DNA of 64,000 nucleotides from a virus: IMG/VR virus record IMGVR_UViG_3300042449_001328, positions 25,690 to 89,689 of that record; one strand, 5' to 3'. Shown piece by piece: positions 58,682 to 64,000 of this stretch (position 1 is its first letter; each line of letters starts with the position of its first letter). The notes under the pieces were generated by a model. It saw only the letters and a program-made list of their open reading frames with translations, ran no database searches and was not told where the DNA came from. The position numbers and the translations under genes were made by a program.

Positions 58682-59102
58682 CCAAACTTCACCTAGTACG
58701 TCTACTAGGGATAGGTTTGGTAATCCACCGTAACTTATGCCTTGGGCTATTCGTTTGCGTGGATAAAAGACCACAGAAGTGTGCTGTTCTTATGGGAAGC
58801 ATCGTGGTACTTAACGTTTAAAACAAGATTGGTAGCTTCTGACTTGATAATATTCTCGAAAGCTAATTATCTCTCACCAGAATGTAACCTGACGTATCGT
58901 TAGCACTACCAATCTATTTTTTAGTTTTTACAGTTGGTAGTCCTGTAACTTTAGCCTTGCTGCCTGTTAATTCAGAACAGCTACCAACGTGTAAAAACCT
59001 TTTTCAAAATCAATACTTATTAAAACGTATTCTTCATCCCACTAGGATACGTGTTGCACTATCTATCTAATAAGTATTTTGCTGATTAAACAGCAGATTT
59101 TG
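58682..59102 (-). ncRNA. Tandem cluster of six self-complementary RNA units
   Basis: Closing helices at 58682/58720, 58723/58764, 58770/58808, 58826/58915, 58924/58998, 59005/59102. Confidence 0.55.
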
Positions 59103-59135
59103 ATAATCTTTAAATAAGTTTTTTACATTCAATTC

Positions 59136-59270
59136 TTAGTTTTCAATTTCTTCTTTTAAACCAACATTAAATGTTTTGTTATTAATAGCATATTGGTCTA
59201 CCTTACATCTTAAAAGGTCAAATAGATCAAGCCATTTTAACATTTCTTTTGCTTTCTTCTTTTCAGTCAT
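59136..59270 (-). CDS. 44-aa hypothetical protein
   Basis: MTEKKKAKEMLKWLDLFDLL...; follows promoter and boxA-like element. Confidence 0.45.
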   Translation of the reverse strand: MTEKKKAKEMLKWLDLFDLLRCKVDQYAINNKTFNVGLKEEIEN

Positions 59271-59290
59271 AATATTTAATGGTTAAAAGT

Positions 59291-59319
59291 TTTCAAAGAA
59301 CGTTAATGAGGTAAAATTA
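59291..59319 (-). promoter_or_regulatory. Promoter TAATTTTA plus boxA-like CGTTCTTTGAAA
   Basis: Same arrangement as upstream of tmRNA. Confidence 0.55.
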
Positions 59320-59356
59320 ACCATTTATCCAAATAAATACAACACATTTGTTGAAC

Positions 59357-60615
59357 TTATTTTTGAACTAATTTCAGTTGTTCGTTTACATGGTACACTA
59401 CGTACTTTTCTTCAGGCCTAAAGGTTTCTATCTCAAACCCAAGCAAGGCAGACTGTAAAGCGTCTATAGTGAAGGCTAAGGGGATTGTGTCAATGTCTTC
59501 ATCTTTGACCTTTACAAGGATTTTGTCTTTAATGCTGGATACTAGAGTACCTTCTACTTTTAGTTCACCGTCATCTACTTCCACATCACCTTCTAGGTGG
59601 AGAAGTGTGTTGATGTGACGGTTAAGTTTTTGCATGGGTGTCTCGTTTGAGTAAATGATGTTGGGTTGTGTGTTCATGTAGTTCATAAATTTATTGGTTT
59701 TAAATGTTTTTGAATTTAAGTTCATAAGTGTACAGATAGCCCCTGTCATCGTCCCACTCCCAGCTTTCTTCAAGTGGCAGTACTTCTCTTAGAACGTCAG
59801 GCACTTGCCGCCATCCACCGAAAGAGTATATTCCCAAATCTTTTTCTTGTACAAAGTCGTCTGGGCAGTTGAACCACCACATACGGACTATGTTGATCAG
59901 GTGCTGTTTCATGCTTGCAGATATTTAAGAGCATTAATAAATCTTTCTATTTGTTCAATTTGTTTATCTACTTGCAAATATCCTCTAGCTATGTCTTTTA
60001 CTTCAGGAGTAGAGTTAAATGAATCTTCATGCAAAGACTTTAACATTTCAATGGCGTTGATTGCTTGCTTAATAACTTGGTTTGTTGTTCTTGGTTTCAT
60101 GTGTGTTTAAGTTTTTAGTGAACAATTATCCTTACTAGGAAGTACAACACTATAAGGCCTATAACTACATATAGTAGTTTATCCTCTTTTGGCGTCTTAG
60201 GTTTGTTGAATGTTGGGGATTTGTAGGAGATGTGCATGGGTTATTGGTTTTCAATGATTTTCTTTATTTCATTCAATTGAGCTAGTGAAAGTTTGTGATC
60301 AACCTTTGCTGCGATAAAGGTTACAAGTTCTTTCTTTTCTTTTTTTTCTTTCCATTGAGTCCTGTATTGATCAGCTTGCTCATCAGTAATCAAAGTACAT
60401 TGATTTATTTGACCTATGTTATATCTAGAGTATGTTTGTTTTACATTGCCATTTATCAATGAATAAAGTTTTTCCGAATCCTCAACCCTGAAACCAGTAG
60501 CGGTCACTTTAGTGATTTTCTTTATAGACCTTGAAACTCCCCCATAAGTCCCATTTTCATGTAAAACAATTTTGCCTACTAAATCTTGTTTGTTTTCAAA
60601 ATCTGAGAATTTCAT
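59357..60615 (-). other. Cassette of small genes, probably early (59357-59773 with start probably shorter, 59700-59912, 59909-60100, 60115-60237 a 40-aa TM peptide, 60241-60615)
   Basis: Tiled ORFs with AC-rich leaders downstream of the conserved promoter element. Confidence 0.6.
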
Positions 60616-60647
60616 AAAAATGTGTTTTGTTTGTGTGTTTATGAGTG

Positions 60648-60758
60648 TAAATATATAGGCTTGACTTGAAATAGCAACTATGTTTGGTTAAATATTTTTG
60701 CTTAAATCTGTAACTAGTTGATAATCAGACAGATTGTTTTTACTAAGTATTTTAGTAA
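60648..60758 (-). promoter_or_regulatory. Putative early promoter: TATATTTA box plus 57-nt upstream element, copy 2
   Basis: Homologous to 38000-38110. Confidence 0.7.
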
Positions 60759-60774
60759 ATACCCTGTGTTTTAG

Positions 60775-61200
60775 CCCTAATTTCTTTAGTATTTTGTAAT
60801 ATATTTAGAATTAAGTAGTTATATATCGATATATAATATTATATTTCTTTTATACTTATCCATTCTTCTAGTTATTAATATATTTAGAAGAATTAAAAGG
60901 AGACAAAGCGACCTACCCCAATCTCGCTAGAGAAAGGTAGGTCTGACCTCATCCTAGATTTTGAACTAGAAGGAGTACCTTGCGTGGTGCGCAGATTCTG
61001 AACTGCACGTTTTCGTTACACGGTCGTTTCCAACCTGCCCGCAAGCCTGATGACTACTTTTCGAAGTTAATGTAACTCTCCGCTGATTTTCCCTCTCTCA
61101 TCATTCTAGCCAAGGGCTTACCTTTAATATCAGACCCCGTAGTAGGTAAGTTTTAATTAAGATCAAAGTGCTACTGGTTTGCATTCTCCACTTTGAAATA
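60775..61200. other. Non-coding AT-rich tract plus hairpin series (candidate replication origin or ncRNA)
   Basis: Very AT-rich 60775-60900 with 18-bp palindrome TTATATATCGATATATAA; GC-richer 60900-61200 with several inverted repeats. Confidence 0.4.
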
Positions 61201-61292
61201 TGCTATTTAAGCGATTATTATTTTAGATGTGTATTGGTATGTATTTTAAAAGATAATTGATTCTAGGCTATATAGAACAAAGAAAATTTAAG

Positions 61293-61709
61293 CTATTTGG
61301 CTTTCATCTTCTCGTGATCCCCCTTAATGTTCTTATATTTACCTGACCTGTCAAACATCCTTTTATCCTCTTTTGCCAGTTTAGGCAATATTTCGTTCTT
61401 AAAGTGAACCCTAGACCTGGCTTTTCTTGAATCCTGCTTTTGTTTGAGCAAGTCGCCTTCAGTAACAGTGACACCACCTATCACGTTTGCAATGTGAGGA
61501 GCGTAAGGTACTCTAGGCCAGTAAGAACCACCGTACCTGAAGCTCATTTTACCTTTACCTTCTAATTTGCTTTTACAAGTTTTAGGGTTGCAACTGATTT
61601 GTTGTTTTATTTCTTTAGGCAGATTTGCTTCATCCCCCACATATTTCATTTCATATTGAATCTCGCAATTAGCACCGCAGTGGGCGCATGAATGGTTGTA
61701 AACAGGCAT
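61293..61709 (-). CDS. FmdB-like zinc-ribbon protein
   Basis: MPVYNHSCAHCG...CNPKTC. Confidence 0.6.
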   Translation of the reverse strand: MPVYNHSCAHCGANCEIQYEMKYVGDEANLPKEIKQQISCNPKTCKSKLEGKGKMSFRYGGSYWPRVPYAPHIANVIGGVTVTEGDLLKQKQDSRKARSRVHFKNEILPKLAKEDKRMFDRSGKYKNIKGDHEKMKAK

Positions 61710-61711
61710 AA

Positions 61712-62602
61712 TTACAAATATTGGTTTAAATTGGTTTGGTCTTTATATTTCTTCATTAGTTTAACAGCTTTAGCCCTGAGTTTGGCCACTTCCTTCATGT
61801 CAATCTCAAAAAGGTAAGCTATCTTATCTGGTTTGCATATCTCTTCACCGTTGAGCCCAGAAACTAGAACTAGTACATCGTAACTGCGTTGTGGCAATTG
61901 ATATAGAAGTTGGTTTAATTCATGTTCAAGGGAACTGTTCCTATCTATATCATCTATCTCAAGATAGTTATCTGTTCTAAGCACTTCGCTTAAATGGGTT
62001 TCATTATCTTGATAAACTTCAGACTGGAGTGAAAGAGGGAGTGTGGTAAAAGCAACCGCTTCGTGCAAATCGCTTTCTGACTGGTCAGGGAAGTATTTCA
62101 TCAGTTCGGTCACAGTTGGTGTTCTTTGCAGTTGGTCTTCAAGCTGCTGGACTTTGCGCTTTAATTTTAAAATCAACAGAGACCTGTTTGCTGGTAACTG
62201 TATGAGGCGTCTGTGGTTATCAAAGTTTGTGATTATCTTTATCTTTATCCACCACACTGCGTAGGAAAAAAACTTTAAGTCCCTAGTCCTATCGAACCTA
62301 CTGGCAGCCTCTATAAGACCCAATGTACCGTCCTGAACTAAGTCCATGAGTGCTACGCCTTGGTTTTGATAACGTTTGGCTACCGTGACCACAAATTTTA
62401 GGTTAGACTTGATTAACTTACTTAAAGCAGATTGGTCGTTATTGTCTTGTATAAGGATAATGAGTTCAAGTTCTTCTTGCTTTGACAGGGGAGTGTAGGA
62501 CTTGATGTCATTAAAGTATCTTGCTATGTTCTCGCTTTCTTGAGTGGTAATTGATTTGTGGAACTTATATTCGTTGATGTGATGCTTTACAGTTCTGCCC
62601 AT
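61712..62602 (-). CDS. RpoD/SigA-like sigma70 factor lacking region 1.1
   Basis: YFNDIKSYTPLSKQEE, LIKSNLKFVVTVAKRYQNQGV.LMDLVQDGTLGLIEAA.RFD..R..KFFSYAVWWI, RLIQLP. Confidence 0.92.
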   Translation of the reverse strand: MGRTVKHHINEYKFHKSITTQESENIARYFNDIKSYTPLSKQEELELIILIQDNNDQSALSKLIKSNLKFVVTVAKRYQNQGVALMDLVQDGTLGLIEAASRFDRTRDLKFFSYAVWWIKIKIITNFDNHRRLIQLPANRSLLILKLKRKVQQLEDQLQRTPTVTELMKYFPDQSESDLHEAVAFTTLPLSLQSEVYQDNETHLSEVLRTDNYLEIDDIDRNSSLEHELNQLLYQLPQRSYDVLVLVSGLNGEEICKPDKIAYLFEIDMKEVAKLRAKAVKLMKKYKDQTNLNQYL

Positions 62603-62667
62603 AGAGTAATTAATTATCTGTGTAAAATTAAACAGAATTTTTCAATGGTGATGAAAATTTGTTTTAC

Positions 62668-63228
62668 TTAGGAGAAATGTCGCCTACAGTACTCGCAAAT
62701 CAAGATAGCATCTACAATCCCATCATGAGGAACTTTTGATCTTTCTGTGGCTAGAAAGGTTTGATCAGGGAAAAGTCTTTTTGCAGCTAGGAGCGATGTG
62801 GCTTTGGTATCTATTTTATATTTAGGTGAACCGTCTTTGCTCTTCTTGCCTTTTGCCAATATTTCAACAGGCCTTATTCCTTCCCACAAACTCTTCTGCC
62901 ATTTTTTTGCCTGAACTTTTGTGTATGGTATATTCAATGATGTTAGGATAGCTTCTGTTGCACCATTGATCCATCCAAATTGGAAGTTTGATTTAGCACC
63001 TGTACCAAAAATGGAATGCAAATCTTCTATGGCACAATGGATAGGAGAACCAATGTTCCCTATGGTATATTTGCCGAATGTTTGCTTAACTTCTAACAAT
63101 ATATCGCAAAATTTTTTTAAATCTGGTCTACCTTCTAATTGTGGGAAAGCACAAGTTTTTACTATTTTTTTGTCTTCCATTACGCAAATAGCTCCTTTAG
63201 AGCCAATGTCAATCCCTATTGAAACCAT
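62668..63228 (-). CDS. ruvC: RuvC-like Holliday junction resolvase
   Basis: IGIDIGSKGA, AIED, S.FQFG, W.K, HDGIVDAILI. Confidence 0.8.
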   Translation of the reverse strand: MVSIGIDIGSKGAICVMEDKKIVKTCAFPQLEGRPDLKKFCDILLEVKQTFGKYTIGNIGSPIHCAIEDLHSIFGTGAKSNFQFGWINGATEAILTSLNIPYTKVQAKKWQKSLWEGIRPVEILAKGKKSKDGSPKYKIDTKATSLLAAKRLFPDQTFLATERSKVPHDGIVDAILICEYCRRHFS

Positions 63229-63231
63229 AAA

Positions 63232-63423
63232 CTATTTAATTAATACTTTTAACAACTTTCTTGTTTTCCCAAAGTCCCTAGGTTCTGTAACCGTTTGTAT
63301 TGTATTGCAGATCCCGCAAACACCTTTATGTACAGTGTACGCATGGCCACTGGGAATTTTAGCTCCTCGCTTATCTGCACAACCAAAACAAACCCAGCCT
63401 GGTTCTACATGATTTTTAATCAT
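63232..63423 (-). CDS. Small zinc-finger protein
   Basis: CFGC...CGIC...VTEPRDFG. Confidence 0.6.
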   Translation of the reverse strand: MIKNHVEPGWVCFGCADKRGAKIPSGHAYTVHKGVCGICNTIQTVTEPRDFGKTRKLLKVLIK

Positions 63424-64000
63424 GCCAATGTTGTTTTGCCGTTTTGTTTGCTTACAGTTATCTGATTGTCGTAATTAAGGTCACTGCCGCTGTGACTTAT
63501 CAACAAGATTGTTTGATTCAATGTATTGAACGCTTTGGCTGCTTGCAGAAGCCCTTGAGAGTCTATGCTGTTTACAAGTTCATCGTTCAAATAAAACAAT
63601 AACCCTTTGCCGCTATTTTCATTTACAAGCCTTTGCAAGGCTAGGTCGGCTGCTATGTTGAGCCTTACTTTTTCCCCTTCTGAAAATGAATTATATGACC
63701 TAGGGTTGATACCGTTGCGATATACGACAGGTGTTAACTCGGCCCTAAGTTCTCCGCTCTTCAATGTTTTGAAGCCTTCTATTTCAATAGTGAATTCCGA
63801 GCCTATTTGTTTTAAGAACTGATTGGCATAGTGGCAAATCACTTCTACTGGCTTGTTGGCTAGGTAGAATTTGAATTGTTTGAAACGGTCGATCCACAAC
63901 AATTTTAAATCCCTGTTTTCTTTAACATTGCTTAATTGCTTTTCAGTGTCTTTCTTTTTGTCCTCAACTTCTAGTATCTTTTTCTTTATTCCTAAATCTT
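63420..64000 (-). CDS. SbcC/Rad50-like (gp46-like) ATPase, C-terminal part truncated by window edge
   Basis: Signature FSEGEK, Walker B FYLNDE, D-loop SID, H-loop ISH; frame open to 64000. Confidence 0.85.
   Translation of the reverse strand, partial: DLGIKKKILEVEDKKKDTEKQLSNVKENRDLKLLWIDRFKQFKFYLANKPVEVICHYANQFLKQIGSEFTIEIEGFKTLKSGELRAELTPVVYRNGINPRSYNSFSEGEKVRLNIAADLALQRLVNENSGKGLLFYLNDELVNSIDSQGLLQAAKAFNTLNQTILLISHSGSDLNYDNQITVSKQNGKTTLA

Noticed and set aside
58592-58774. 60-aa minus-strand ORF
   Set aside because: Overlaps the tRNA-like RNA and hairpins; no protein features
58682-59102. Mini CRISPR array
   Set aside because: Units are inverted repeats of differing sequence, not direct repeats with regular spacers; no cas genes in the window
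61046-61070. CTGATGA hammerhead-like core
   Set aside because: No stem II followed by GAAA and no matching stems I/III visible
975-63822. Plus-strand ORFs in the six-frame track
   Set aside because: They overlap well-supported minus-strand genes, have no recognisable motifs and look like antisense shadows
1-64000. Stop-codon reassignment
   Set aside because: Core genes are full length and densely tiled under the standard code; no suppressor tRNA seen

Overview
A 64 kb segment of a large contractile-tailed dsDNA phage with Herelleviridae/SPO1-type head-tail gene order, most likely infecting Bacteroidota (inferred from the sigma factor type, promoter motif, tmRNA and D-S/T-hydrophobic sequons in exported proteins). 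Essentially all real genes are on the minus strand. In transcription order (right to left): SbcC-like ATPase, RuvC, a sigma70, a structured AT-rich intergenic region, small genes and a structured-RNA cluster, UvrD helicase, metallophosphoesterase, terminase flanked by two paralogous TerS-like genes, lysis genes, portal, tRNA-Thr, tmRNA and a tRNA-like RNA, a 9 kb glycosyltransferase/methyltransferase/GDP-mannose-3,5-epimerase cluster, then head, neck and tail genes. The most striking observation is a candidate protease-processed capsid cargo system: three head-region polyproteins made of modules separated by hydrophobic-x-K/[AGS] sites like the predicted capsid maturation site. They share a GGEGSRGGxxIGHTxSGxPIY module and a 61-nt identical DNA linker. 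The largest carries a copy of the prohead protease C-terminal segment plus NUDIX and GNAT domains, and appears joined through a T9 -1 slip site to an LPD1-like HExxH protein. All calls come from reading motifs by eye; no searches were run.
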